Shown here piece by piece: positions 50,252-64,000 of a DNA stretch of 64,000 nt. Made by a program: the position numbers and the translations under genes. Positions within the stretch are counted from its first letter, which is position 1. Every line of letters begins with the position of its first letter. The notes under the pieces are model-generated. The model did no database searches, was not told where the DNA came from, and worked only from the letters and a program-made list of their open reading frames with translations. Origin of the DNA: Lingula anatina (Eukaryota; Animalia; Brachiopoda); the NCBI GenBank assembly GCA_051362555.1, contig CM120647.1:868001-932000 (forward strand), written 5' to 3'.

Positions 50252-51030
50252 GCCAGCAAAAGGGCTCTGCTTCTTTACTTATTTCATTCATTTTTTTCCC
50301 TTTTTTTTAATCTGATCTGCTCGAGTTCCAACATTTTATTTACTCAACTTATTTATGTATTTGCTCTTTTTCACATCTTTATTATTGATTTCTTTGCTTA
50401 TTTGTTTATATATATTTTTCCACTTAATTATATGATCTGTTGATTTATTAGATTTATTCTTTCATAGTTCTCAGAAGAGTAGACATCCCCCATATGATGT
50501 TTGCTGTACTAAAATCATTTGCCTTATCAAATGGAAAGGGTTGCACTAACAAAACACCACTTTATCTAACGCTACAACAACAAGGAGGTTCCCGCGGCGT
50601 TGGTTGCCTGCAGGAACATGCGATCTATTGGCTTATCCGCTCACTGCAGTGACTTGACGATAGAAATACAAATTATTTTGCTTTCGTCTTTTTTAAAGGT
50701 ATAATCACTTTTGTGTTTATCAATTCGGTAAACGTCAGCTCGGTCCGACGAGCGATAGACTTGAAACATTTTTTTTTTCTTTATTCATTTTTGAATGTAT
50801 TTTAATATACTGTTTTTTATCTCCCTTTAAATCATAAAAAAAGAAAAAAGAAAAAAAACTCATGTTGCTTTCTTATTTTGGCAAAGGATCAACCAAATGG
50901 TAGGGGAATAGACGCCGCGGGTGTGACAAGATTGCACCAATTGTTTTCCATTTAAGCCGCCATAACAGAAACAGACCGCGGCCACCCTGGTCGTGACTGC
51001 ATCGCCAGATTATATCCTGCATAGGACACT

Positions 51031-51245
51031 CCATGGGATTTACCCGCCAAAATGGATTTTCCCGGAGAAATAAGTAATATTCTCGTACTCACAAATCATT
51101 TATCTGTCCCTCTCTGTACTTGGATTCGACCTTCAATTAGATTTATAATGGTTGATTTAGTTTAAAATGACTGGCCAGTCAATTTTACCAGCGATTATCT
51201 TTTTAAGCTTCAATTGAAGTATCAACATCAGGTACGCTCCACAAA
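51031..51245 (+). repeat. Interspersed repeat family C, copy 1
   Basis: ccatgggatttacccgccaaaatgg...tttaaaatgactg(g/a)ccagtca...gaagtatcaac...cgctcca, shared with 63183-63465. Confidence 0.75.
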
Positions 51246-51249
51246 AAAA

Positions 51250-51281
<32 letters not shown>

Positions 51282-51972
51282 GTTATTATTATTATTATTA
51301 CTAAACTTACAACCCAAGGGTTGGATAATTACAATCATTGCATCGTAGATGAATATAACCACTAGTAACTACGAATAAAGGAATATTAAAAGACAAATGT
51401 AAACAAATTTAAAACAAAATGACTTAAATGCAAGGTTTTAAAAAAAGAAATATATGTGTATCAGTTAATTGTGAAACTTGTATATCGCACTTGTTCATTT
51501 AAGGGATTAAATTGTTTTCAAAGCGCACGTAAGGTTGAATACAGTAGAAGAAGCTGTGGACCTCAGAAATAAGCACACTGAGAGTACCTTAGCTAAAATG
51601 CGTCTATTAAGATCAACTAGATAAAACAAGATTATAACGCCCAAACTTTTGGCATATCCGCCTTCTTAGGGGACTGTTGAATACATTATTATTTGAACTT
51701 TATAGATGGATTTTAGTATAATAACTCAATTGCTAAAACAAGTTCAACGCAGTTGTTATGATAAATCATCACTAGATTCTATCTTGGTCCTAATTACATT
51801 GTTTTTTTGTTTTTTTTTTAATGCTGTGTAATCCTGATAATCGTTACAACAAGGAAGAAGAATGTTTAGTTTTATTACAAGATAAGGAAGAGGAAGTTAC
51901 GTCCATCGTTCCATCATGACATCCTTCAAAAAGTGAGCTGATCATCGTGCGATGTCACGTGTTAGGTCACGG

Positions 51973-52753
51973 GGTCAAATCTTATCCGAGCGAAAAGAAA
52001 GTCATATTAAGTGTATCGATTTGCCTCACCAAATAGTTAACGGATTTCCGCAAAAACTGATCAACATTATAAGGCACTGTCATATCGATACCTAAGTTTC
52101 TTGAAAGCGTGCCGAGTAAATGACTAAATCGAGTAGGATACAAGCAGTTATGACTCCTGCATTCTAACGAAATCAAGTACATGCCCTTATGATTCTAGCA
52201 TCCTTATCATAGCCTGTCAATCAAGTACAGGCGCTTATCATTCGAAACCCTTGCCTTTGCCCGGAAAATAGCATAGAAAACCAAACAAATACGACGGTAG
52301 CTTTTTTTTTAAACATCTAATGGCAAGTGAAGAAAGTTAAAGTTTGCTGGTAATATGTCCAATAAAGTACAATAGCACATAAAACTGAATTCCTGTTAGA
52401 AACATTACAAAAAGTGATTAGAATAAAGCAGACCTTGGCGGCTCAGTCGTTTCCTGCGCTCTCGGGCACCCAGAGAAACACGTCCAAGACGCCTCCCAGG
52501 CTCACTGGGGTTTTACAGAGGGCGGTTTGTGATACGCCCCTTGAACGAGGGTAGGGAATACCTCTCAGTCACCAATCACCAAGATTAAAACAGCTCAATT
52601 ACCGATCACAGATATATATTCAGGCCAGTCACCAATCACCAAGAATTCCTGAATCAGGGTCAAATCTTATTCGAACGAAAAGAAAGTCATATTAAGAGTA
52701 TCGAATTCCTAAATCAGAGTCAAATCTTATCCGAACGAAAAGAAAGTCATATT
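51973..52753 (+). repeat. Dispersed ~36-bp direct repeats (gtcaaatcttatccgaacgaaaagaaagtcatatt) x3
   Basis: Copies at ~51973, ~52658 and ~52719. Also cagtcaccaatcaccaaga x2 at ~52566 and ~52626. Confidence 0.8.
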
Positions 52754-54201
52754 TACGCTGAATATTAGGCTCAAATAACATCATGCTCGAAAAATAAGGC
52801 CAATTACGAGGAACGCAAAAGGTATTCCATATCCTCTGGATTCTCAGGGTGGTTTGTAGCGAGATGCAGTACAATTCAGGGTGAGGCAACCGCCCGGGTC
52901 GTGATATACGTACACACAGAAGTATTGCGGTTACCCTCACCTTTAACAAACAGCGAGGTGGGGTTCCACGAGAAAATAAGGATTTATAAGTCGCTTCTGT
53001 TGTCCAAGGCCGCGTTCGGTGCATGAACAATGACCCCTTAATAAGAAGGGCACTTGGTTACAAATCGCGGGATCTATTCCTAGAATGAAATCAAACAAAA
53101 AAGTCCAAATTATTTTGATTGGTTTTCCGTTAGCGCGGTTTTTCACGGGTGATTGACGCGTTTTCATCCGATCATCGCCACTTCTGACGCAGTGACGTAG
53201 AAATAACTATCTTTTCGACAGGAGTCCAAAATTGGCTTAAGATAATGATATTAATAAAAAAAATCCATTGGCACCGATATTTGCTGTGTCACTGTTCTAT
53301 GCGACGTTTAGCCAGCCAAGCGTGTGACGCAATGAAGGGCTTTTAAACGCTCCAGACGCCAATTACCAACCTAGTGTGAACACGCCTGTGAAAGGCGCTG
53401 ACGTCAGGCCTTAATGAACATCAGACCAAGTCACGCCATTTCTGGGCGTGTTTACAATGTTCACCGCAATTTTATGAATATTGCAGGCGATTAGAACTGC
53501 CTGTACGTGACCCAGTTAGCTCAAAGAAAAAATGGGCCGTGGGAACTTCAGGCTGTGTGATATTTTTGTTATGCATGTTTTACTAATTATCTAGTGATGC
53601 ACTGTGCCATTGTACTGTGTTTACTTGGCTTATAAATATGTTGCTCAATGTGAAACAGTTGTTAGAAGATCGATAGCTGTACTTATAGTAAGAATGGAGA
53701 AACCAGAATTTGCTCAAAGTGCCAGCTAATTCGATCAGTATTTTCATTTTATTCAATTAATGTATCTTAAACGTTACCAAAGCTTTCATACGTTTCCTTG
53801 GGACTTTCACATTCCTTTGCCTTTTCCAAGAATAAGTACAAGCCAAACCAAGCTCCGTAAGACAACCAGGAAATTTTTAATTATGCGACATCATGGCAGC
53901 TCTGCGTTTTCTAAAATTATTCACTTTCTTTTCAGTTTTTAACCAGCTCCTGGCAAACATGATCTTTGAAAGCTACTGAGTTATTTGCAACATTTGAATG
54001 TGACGTTGTAAATAGGGGAGAGAGAAAAATATCACGGTTGTCAAATAAAATTTTACAATGTGAATTTTTCTTATATCTACTCTTTTTAAAAACCACCCAG
54101 GAAAGATGTTTTGACGAAAATGTGCAGCACACACTTATAGTACGCACGTACGCGACTTCAGTGCACACGCACGCGCACACCAATTCAAACATAATTGTGT
54201 A

Positions 54202-54246
<45 letters not shown>

Positions 54247-54579
54247 TCAAGCATTTCTATTGCCAACACACACTCAGATAATCCAACCGTTCTAGTCGGG
54301 GGCCAATTGTCTCAGGTGTGCCGAGACATCCATTGCGCCCGATCACAACTACCACAACTGAGCATGTAGCCTATAGTGACATATGGAAACAGACACCAGA
54401 AAAAGTAATACTGCAGATCCCGCTAAGACTAAGATATCAGTGGCTTCTCTAAGGGTAATTGATGATCGTTTAACAGCTTCAATAGGCTTGCCAGACATAT
54501 AAGCGGCTGAAGCTGAAAAGGATTTAGCGGGTAACCCTGTTAGATTTGTCTAGGTATGGGGACCCAGACTGACTAATAC

Positions 54580-54700
54580 TGCATTCCGACAGATTTAAGA
54601 TCGGTCTATCCCCGTGGGTAGTCTCACTAGATTGCTGACAGATTAGCCAGCTTAAATGTCTGTCCCGCCTACTAAAAGCTATAAGGGGGCAGTTAACTTA
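54580..54700 (-). mobile_element. MITE family A, truncated copy 4
   Basis: tgcattcc...agatcggtctatccccg...agtctcactagatt...cttaaatgtctgtcccgcctactaaaagct matches the left half of copy 3. Confidence 0.7.
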
Positions 54701-56326
54701 TTAGCACTGTACTGTAGAAATTGTAATTTCCATGTGGACCTACTAGACTAGTGTAAAAGTCATCTTAATCTCTCTTAAGAGATTAACAAAATATTCAAAA
54801 TAACGCGTATTCTTTAAGATGAATCTATGAAAAAGTGATCTTGAAAAACAGGATGTCAGATATATACAAGAGCCCAATTTTAGTGCTCGTCGGTGGCAAC
54901 ATTTTTCGAATATGACTTAAATAGATGTGATTGTATGGCAAAAACACCGTATACTAAACACGACCACTTAATTTCGGTTATTGATTCCCTATACTTTTAT
55001 CTGAATTTCTAAGTTCTTTTTTAAAATAACCTTTTTGAGAAAATACAATAAAACAACGGCGCAATGACGATGATATTGATTAATACTGTAACATCCTCAT
55101 TTTAACATTTTGCTCTAAGACTTCACCTTTTTTTTCTTGGACATCACGTTCATCGGTTGCACTTTGCATCGTTTTCCCATTTTTTACCAGGGGCATGAGC
55201 TGCTTACTTCTATCGTGTATTCTCATATCTGTTTGTAAATTTTACATGTAACCAGACGATATCCTCTGATATTATGGGATAGTTTGTAAAATGACGCGGC
55301 TTGCACACCGATTAATCCAGTGAACCAAGATAAGACGCACTTAAAGCTCTACACTCGCATACCAATAAATTCAATATACCAATACCAATATTTAAGAAAA
55401 CCATCGGGTAAAGCACAAAATTTATTTTACTCGCAAAAAAAAAAAGCACGTGTTAATAAACAATATAATGCTAGGAAACCAACGTTACAGCTATACCGAG
55501 TATTTCATACAATCAGACACGTCATATTTATATTAAACACAACAATTGTACACCTTAATACCATATGTGTAGATTTTATAAGACATTTTTGATACATTAT
55601 GGTAAAAGTACAGATATTTTCACTCAGTTGGGTGACAAGGATAAAAATTAGCTTATGTGATATCAGTAATAACGGCGTGAGTGAGTGTTTTAATGCAGTA
55701 GCATAATAGCTAGGCTTTAAGTAAGTGACTTAATGATATACTAATACGACTGTACACAAATAGTGCAATAGTATATTCCACGAGAACGACGCTAACTATT
55801 CTACCAAAATAATACAGGCAATAGAGACTATACGGTTAGAGGAATGTATGTAGTAATATCTGCTAGTATACGGGGTATTTTGAAAATTAATTTCCATCAG
55901 TACAATATAAAATAAAGAAGTAGCCTACCTGAATAAATAACAATAATTAAACGAAAAACCAAAAAGTACTTTGTTCAGAACATTGATAAACAGTGAATTC
56001 GCGCATTTTGAGGATTCTCGTTCTGGCAGTGTGCTTAAATTTTGATCTCTATCCATCTAATAATTCAAACCACGTCAATACACGTCATTTACATCACGTG
56101 ACTTCCTCAAATAAAAATAGTGACATACATGTTGCTCCCAAAATAATTCAGCCACTGAAAATCCCTGTTTCACGATTATTACAGAAACTGAAATTACTGC
56201 CAATTAAGTAGATAAAGTGCACCTCTCTTTTTTTGCGTTCAAACGACATGTCTTTTCCCCACAACATCGCCAACTCCGCTATCAAATCAAATGCTTCGTT
56301 TCAAAAATATAAATTATCTCAGCGAA

Positions 56327-56826
56327 TCAAATCTCTCTTTTTACCAGCTTCACGGTGACTCCATTCATGGGGACGGTGGTGGCGCGCTCTACTTTCTTCA
56401 GCGGCACCTCTGTCTCGGCGCAGCGCTCGATGGTGAAGTGTTTCAGAACTCTTGCCAGAGCGATCTTAGCTTCCAAGATGGCGAACCTCATGCCCACGCA
56501 GTTTCTGGGGCCTGCTCCGAACGGGAGCCACGCCATGGGGTGACGGGTGGCTTTGTTTTCTGGGCTGAAACTAAACAGGAACACGCATGTAAATAAATCG
56601 CCCCGAAAAAAAGTGAGGAGTTTTGAGTCAAATAGGGCCTACATATAAAGGAATTCGGTTAAAAAGATTTTTTTTTTTCAATTTTGAAGTTCTTGACGAA
56701 AGATTTTATAGCAAAAACACGTGCACACTCACGCACGCACACACACATTCACACGCACAAATACATTCTTAATACACACACATGCACATATATATATAAA
56801 GCATATATAAAGTAACAAGCAAGCAA

Positions 56827-56882
<56 letters not shown>

Positions 56883-57103
56883 GCCCCCTACCGTTCAGGT
56901 TCAAACACAGCCGGGTCAGTGGGCCCCCAGACTTCCGGGTCAGCGTGTATAGACAGGACGTCTGCCTGCACGGAGAGACCAGCAGGAATATGGAGACCAT
57001 TCACCGTACACGGCTCCATACAGCGGCGGTTGATGAAACTAATTTGAAATACAGATGGTTAGAGATGTTCTTCATCATGTAAATAAACGAATGGATGGAT
57101 GAA

Positions 57104-57146
<43 letters not shown>

Positions 57147-58328
57147 ACCGAAATCGAGAGAAACGTCTCAATAATTTTGAAAAGACAATATTTAGAAGAG
57201 GCTGAAAAGATTTCGGTTCAGTTACATATTGATTACGACTAAATTCATAATGGGTTCTTTGTAAGTTTAAAACAAGGTCAGCTAGGTCTCATCATACGGG
57301 GTCGACCGATGGCAACAGGGTCGGTCAAATGGTCATTTTTACAACACAGCACGGAAACCAATCAAATTTAACTTCTTTTAAATGCTGCGGCGTTTTAATC
57401 AAAGTTAGAACATCGATTGTGATTGGCTACTTACGTGGTTGCTATGGGATGCAGCCGCAGTGCTTCACAGAATACCATCTCCAGGTACGGCAGCTTCTGG
57501 ATAGTCTCGTAATTGATGTGGTCCTTCAAACAACGAGTAGACGATCTTTTAATTTAATTTTTCAATATTTTTTTTCAATAATTTCTGTATATTAAGAAAC
57601 AATGCTACAGTACTAGTTCGTAAATGAATGACTATATAAATATATAAATAAAAATACAGGAGGCGGCATTTTCATTTTTCTTTAGAAAATTTTACATGTA
57701 ATCGGCATCGTCTGATTTAAAATATCTTATCATCGATGACGCATCGTCGAGTTCCCAAACCTCCATGATTTAAATGAATGGAAGACAGGGAAATAATTTT
57801 AATTCTGGCAATGCCACATGCCATGATCATTAATAAAAGTGACTCTACTTGTGAAGCCTCGTGTGATATAGTTTATCAAATAAATATCAATAAATGCCTA
57901 TCGAGACCTTTTGACACTTTTGCCAATCAATAGACCAACATACAGATAGCCTAAATAATAATACGTTTCTACTTCTTCTACCCACCTCATCGCCAAGTTG
58001 TTCGTCTATTTCCGCCTGCAGTCGTTTCTGAACTTCGGGGTTCAAGGCCAGTTCGTGGGAGCAGTATCCGAGCGCCGTACTGGTGGTCTCGTAACCAGCT
58101 ATGATAAACACGAGGCACTGTTCAACGATTTCCTGAAACAGGTGTGAAATGTAAAAGTTACCACAAACTAGTAAAATAATTTTTTTGCAATATTAATTTT
58201 TTATGTACTTCTCTTGAATTACAACTAGAAACGGGGGTTTTTGATGAAAAAGAGATAAGAGGGCAATTTAGAACCGCACTCAAGCACGCGCGAGCGCGCA
58301 CGCCCAGAGGAACAAATATACACCCTAA

Positions 58329-58362
<34 letters not shown>

Positions 58363-60793
58363 CACCCACCTCTTTAGACAATCCACTCTTCTGCGGGCTG
58401 GTCTTCACATTCCCAGTGCCATTAGCTACATCTCCCGCCGTACCCTGGACGCCGTTCATCTCCCCATCAACACCAGCTATACCGTTGGTCCCTTCCTGCT
58501 CCTTAGCGCCACCTATTGAGAGGTCACCGTTTTCACTAGAGTTGGAGCGGCTGACTTGTTCCTTGTTACCCGCCAGAGTGGCGTCGATCATCAGCTGGAG
58601 GAGGTCCATTCTTCGGTACTAAGGAAATAGAAATAAATAAATAAGCTTAGTTATTGATTTAATAAATAAATAAATGTATCATGAAAAAGATGCGTATGAT
58701 GGGGGTATTTTTCTTGAATAGTGGATCTCGTCAGAAACCATGATTCGAAATCTATCAGTAAAATGTATCAAGAAGTAGCATTATACAAAAATAAACGGCT
58801 TTAATACCTTTGGGTCGGATTTCCTTAACTGGATGGTTTCCCTGGCGAACTTTCGTAAGCGACCGGACGGTTCGTTAGGCATGTAACACTGCGCCATGTA
58901 CAGCATAGCGTAAAATAACCGCCGCAGGATAGGGAATATGGCTGCAAAAAAAAAAAAATTATAATAAATAAATAATAATAATAATAATAAATAAATAAAT
59001 AAGTAAATAAATAAATAAATAAAATTAAATGAATGAATAAATAAATAAATGAATGAATAAAGACAAAATAAATAAATAAATAAAAATTGAACAAATGAAA
59101 AAATATATTTAAAATAAATAAATAAATAAAATGCACAAGAAAATAAAAGTACAATTTTATTGAAGCATATGAAATAAAGAAATAGAAATGACGAAATAAT
59201 TCCAATGCAAGTAGAGAGATTTATACAAAAGTGTAATCTAGACACCAAGATTCAGTCACTTGTAGAACGGCCCCCGGATCCACCGTCTGAAAGGCACTTA
59301 ACATATCGAAATATAAGTTGAAAAAGAACATTTAAAACTTACAATTTTACAATTATTAAACGTTAAGAAGAACCGGGATCAGAGAGATAGAGAGAGAGTC
59401 TCTTTCTTACCAGGAATCATCATATAGAATTTCATCGAATCCTTCCCAAGTTTGTTGAAGAAATCTCTTCCGGCCACAAGAAACGGATGCTCCTTATCGT
59501 GGATTGTGTTGATTTGAAGTCCAAACGCGCATGAGGCAATGACTTCCATCGTCAACCCTTGGTACTCTCTGGGGAGATAATAAACGTTATTCACGGTTAA
59601 ACATTGCGTAAAATTTTACTGCCCCATTAACTTTCCTGTAGCACCCAGGGCCCAGTTTTATAAGGGACGTTTAGCACTAACCAGTGGATAAGCCTAACCA
59701 GTGGATAAATTCCCCTAACACCCATTAACTAAAAGATGGTAAAAATGTGTTTTATATACAGTCTTCTAACGGAAAACAGCCAATTAGTTAACTGGCCAGT
59801 GTTTAACTGGATTAAATAATTATTTAAAGGTCAGTTAATTAACAGACTGTTAAGGTCTGGTTAGAGTTAAACACTGGTTAGTGCTAAACGTCCTTTATAA
59901 AACTATGCCCTGGATTTTCAGGCACATTCAGGACTAGTTAGTCAGCGGATCAAATATGGCGCACACTTGACAGTGGATTTCCTCCTCTCACAGCAGAGGT
60001 AGGACAATTAAATATTGGCACGCTTTTAAAACGGGTGGCGCCATGTTTGATCTGCGGACTAGTTAGTCCGTGGATTAACTTGCTCTGAATGTGCCCTTTG
60101 AGATCACTGCTGAGAAACTGACGAGGCACTCAGATGATAATAGATACTTGGTAACCTTTGAGAATTTATTTGAGAATTTATTAGTACTTGAAACATATTT
60201 ATCCTGTTTATAGAACAATGAGGCATTGCACAGGATATTTCCCATTCTATACATTTAATGCATCCACATAGACCTACTTGTAGATATCGAAGGGTTTTCC
60301 CTCTTTTGCTTTCTCTTCACACGTCTTTAAGAATGACGTCACGGCTTCATTGATGAGTGGCGACATCTACATGGAAAATAAACACCCGTGGACAAATTAC
60401 CGTTCTCCAATCTCAGTGTAACAGGGGCTTTAAATAAATTGTAGTAGAAAGGCAGAGTCAAACGTCGACCTTAATACCTGTTACTTCACTCATAACATAA
60501 TTTAACTCGTAACATCAATCATAAATTAATTATGTGTGAAATATGATAATGATAGACTTCCTCCCCAAGGAGTACGGTACACGTGTACCTCTCTCCAGGC
60601 AGTAAATGTACTCGCACACTCATGTTCAGTATGCACAACATTCACACACAATTAAAAGCAACCAAGAGCATGCATTCGCACACACACGCACATAAACTAA
60701 AAAAAATGCCCCCAAGCTACATGTGTAAACACACGCACATAAAAAACTCTGCATGGGCATAACTCCGCATTAGAGCACATACACACACACACG

Positions 60794-60837
<44 letters not shown>

Positions 60838-60876
60838 AACAAACACAGGCACAAGCACGCACACACACACACATAA

Positions 60877-60930
<54 letters not shown>

Positions 60931-61105
60931 GTTTCATCTTGGACACGGAGAAGGTGGGGTTGGTGATCATGCGCAGTCTTTTCCAGCGCGGTCCTTCTGC
61001 CGTGACCATACTGATGCCGTGAGCGTCGTCGGGGTCCGGCTGAACGGGAAAAAACTGCAATAGACACAAAACAGCAACGCTAAGGTACGGTACGTATTCA
61101 CTGGC

Positions 61106-61154
<49 letters not shown>

Positions 61155-61320
61155 GTGGCAGATTAAGAGGGGGTCAGGACCCCCCCTTCGGTTTCTGAAA
61201 AATAATCACACCAATATTCTCCTCTTGAAATTAGAATTTTGACTAGTTGGATCATTGTTCTAAACTGTACCAAAGGGCACCTTTTGCCCTCCGAATCACC
61301 AAAACATTTTCGGAGCCTTA

Positions 61321-61351
<31 letters not shown>

Positions 61352-62437
61352 AAATGGTCGCTCACCTTCCTTCCATGAAATGAGCTAAATCGCTTTATAA
61401 ACACCTCTTTCAGCAGCTCCAAGTCCGTGGTGATGACGCAAGGTACCGGCCCCTCGAAAATCCTGAAACATGATCAACGTGCTGACATGATTATAATGGA
61501 AAGGGGAGCTTTTTCTCTATCCTTCACCCTACCTTTTCCTCACCCCTCTGAACGGAGGGGGGGGGGGCTAGTTGGCAAAAATTCAAATATGTACAATCCA
61601 TGTATATTTCATGGAACCGGTACACGAAAGCTGTACATTTTCATTAAACGGGAAATGAAGTGTATATTCCAACAAACGCAAGGTGTACCTTAACTGTACC
61701 AGGATGTATGTGATTTTTTTGTAGCAGAGGTTTGTTTCACGGATTAGACAGAGACATACTAGCCTCTACCAGGGTGGCAGATTATATGGGGAAAAAACCG
61801 GAAAAATACAGACCAATATGACTGTCTATTTATCTAGAGACATATCTGTGAATATCTGGTAAAAATCAATCTGATACCATATGGTGCACTTACCCATAAG
61901 TTTTCCCATATTTCTTTGTAAGTTTAGCGATCCCTTCTGCAATGTTCTGTGTGAAATAAAAGACATATATTTTAAAAGTGAAACGAAACAATTCAAATGC
62001 AAACGTAGGAAAGGAAATATAGTAAAATGAAATTTGGTAAATAAACATTCCACGTTTTAATGTCACTCGAATATGTTCTATATGTTCTATTTTTTTTTTT
62101 AATTTGCAAAACTCAAATTGCAAATCCTGTCCTTAAAGTCGCAGAAATATAATTAAAAATATAACCATCAAAATAAATATATAAATAAATAAATTAGACC
62201 ACACAGTATGTCTTAGATGAAAGTAATAAACAAAGACACAAATAAATAACAAACAAACCAAAAAATAAACACACACAAAATAAATAAATAAATAAATATT
62301 GAGAAGTGACCCATTTCTATAAAGTAAACGGTATACTTACCCCGCCCCCGTATTCCCCCAAGTTCCCCAGTAGTAGGTTTGGCGGGGGACCGTCCAGTCC
62401 CATGTTCTTGAAGTATTTGAACCGCTCCTTGCGCTGC
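56327..62437 (-). CDS. Cytochrome P450, CYP3 clan (CYP3A / thromboxane-synthase-like); first signal-anchor exon not found in window
   Basis: Exons on -: 62437-62341 ([13 protein letters not shown]), 61946-61894, 61462-61366, 61054-60929 (WKRLR), 60366-60278, 59568-59411 (EVIASCAFG), 58941-58808, 58618-58370 (DLLQLMID), 58132-57986 (I-helix AGYETTS), 57523-57435 (EALR), 57038-56892 (FEPER/F), 56570-56327 (heme motif [14 protein letters not shown]). All introns GT-AG and frame-consistent. Confidence 0.93.
59645..59913. mobile_element. MITE (Harbinger-like GGGC ends) in CYP intron
   Basis: TIRs ccagggcccagttttataagggacgtttagcactaaccagtg / cactggttagtgctaaacgtcctttataaaactatgccctgg. Confidence 0.75.
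59921..60095. mobile_element. Small MITE-like inverted repeat next to the previous element
   Basis: ggcacattcag / ctgaatgtgcc termini plus an inner inverted pair gatcaaatatggcgc / gcgccatgtttgatc. Confidence 0.55.
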
Positions 62438-63182
62438 CTGGGAGAGGAAGAGAGGAAGAGATGTTGTCTTTAGATTACGTTACGTTTACACTGCTTTCTA
62501 CAAAATCCGTATGCTATTGCTTACAGAGAGGCACTTGAAATCAGGTCGGATTGAAAAGCACGACTAAAGTAATTGTTTATTTTATGACAAAAAACATGTG
62601 CGCGCACACACAACAGCACACGTAACACATTGCACGCAGGAGTAGAAACGCGCACGCAATCATCCTACCATATCCAAATCCCAAGCAGGACGCAGGCTGC
62701 TCCAATCAAGTATGGCCACATCTTGTTAACTCTTTCTGGAAAAAAAAAAACAGAATTAAATCTAAGCGTCTAGAAAGAGAAACTAATGCACTAATAGTGT
62801 ATGCCGGCGCTTAACTTTACAAATTATTCACCGCATCCATTCAAATAAATCTTTACACAATAAAAGAAAGACACTCATAAAAATGCAAATGCAGATCACA
62901 TCGTCTCGACAATAAAAACATTACTGGAAAATATTGAAAATGCAAAACAGCTGTATTTCAAATGTAGGCGACCAACATCCGCGTAATATCCATTATAAGC
63001 GCTAAAACTAAATTACCGAGTACATGAGAACTTATCCTATACTTCTCTTATACAAAGCTGACACGTCACCATTCTTAGAATTCCATTATCACACAACAAT
63101 ATATGGTAAATTCAGGTCCGTTATTAAATTTAGACATCGGTAAGTTTCCACGTCAGCCATTAGGGTAGATTAAAGGGGAAAT

Positions 63183-63465
63183 CCATGGGATTTACCCGCC
63201 AAAATGGGTTTTCTCGACTGCCACATTTCAGCAAATTAGTCCCAATTGTTCAAGTACTTCATTTCCTACATAATAAGTGGACAGGTCAGTAAGTAAAATA
63301 AGTAAATTTCTCGTCTCGTTTATCTATCCCTCTCAGCACTTTGATTTCAACCTTTGATTAAATTTTTAAAGGCTGATACAGTTTAAAATGACTGACCAGT
63401 CATTTTTACCCGCGACCATCTTCCTACGTTCCAACAGAAGTATCAACGACAGGAACGCTCCAGAA
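63183..63465 (+). repeat. Interspersed repeat family C, copy 2
   Basis: Longer homologue of 51031-51245. Confidence 0.75.
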
Positions 63466-63580
63466 AAAATACACAAGGGGTTCGTTTTTAAGGTGAACGT
63501 GGAGCTTCATTAGTTCTGTGGATGGCAAAATTCTGGGGATTTTCAAACTTATTTAGTGTACCTTAAATGTGCATGATGTA

Positions 63581-63815
63581 CACACAATGGACAATAGAAG
63601 TGTCACCCCCTGAATCAGAGTAATCAAAGTTATTAACCTGAAGAGGTGGAATATAAGCAACGTCAGAATATCGATACAGTTGAATTGTTCAGTAAGAACC
63701 GTTTCTTTTGTGATATTTGATGTTAATAAAATGAAACCAGGAGCATATCATTCCACAGTCATTTATCCCAAAGTATTGGTTCAGTAGGGGTGACACTTCT
63801 ATTGTCCAGTGTGTG
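63581..63815 (-). mobile_element. MITE family B, copy 2
   Basis: Same TIRs and internal sequence as 29398-29639, inverted. Confidence 0.8.
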
Positions 63816-64000
63816 CACTTCACAATGGTACAGAATGCAGTTGGGGGTGGGGGGGGGGTGGAGATCTCCCGCTTCCCAACTATTAAAAGCTGCACGACTG
63901 CACGATGTGAATTTGCAGATTCATGGTCATATAACAGCATATTCGACGCCTTTATAAATGCAGACTTTTATAAGGTATCGACCCTGGGCAATGTCAGCAG

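Noticed and set aside
62438-64000. First (signal-anchor) exon of the CYP gene
   Set aside because: No ATG + hydrophobic segment + phase-2 donor found; the region is mostly repeats, so exon 1 probably lies beyond the window.

Overview
AT-rich, microsatellite-rich animal genomic DNA with spliced genes; the gene and repeat content suggests a marine invertebrate, probably a mollusc or other lophotrochozoan. Three multi-exon genes could be assembled by hand with consistent reading frames. (1) + strand 22-3386: 3' part of a mucin-like Ser/Thr-rich protein ending in an apextrin C-terminal (ApeC) domain. (2) - strand 30074-8115: a 23-exon, ~1310-aa type II membrane mosaic protein: cytoplasmic tail, TM, SEA, Thr-rich stalk, (SRCR-LDLa)x5, SRCR. 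It resembles the stem of an enteropeptidase-type protease but has no protease domain. (3) - strand 62437-56327: 12 exons of a CYP3-clan cytochrome P450 whose first exon was not found in the window. Introns of gene 2 hold two Helentron-associated (HINE/DINE-1/pearl-like) elements with internal satellite arrays, one carrying 12 perfect DR1 motifs, plus an RTE-LINE remnant, minisatellites and two diverged half-exon duplicates. A compact three-way-junction fold whose imperfect pairs are G-U only on the - strand lies in the likely 3' UTR of gene 2. About 31-56 kb has no recognisable protein gene, only MITEs, tandem duplications and weak small-ORF or hairpin candidates. No tRNA, rRNA or CRISPR was seen. 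All gene models come from manual reading and have no transcript support.
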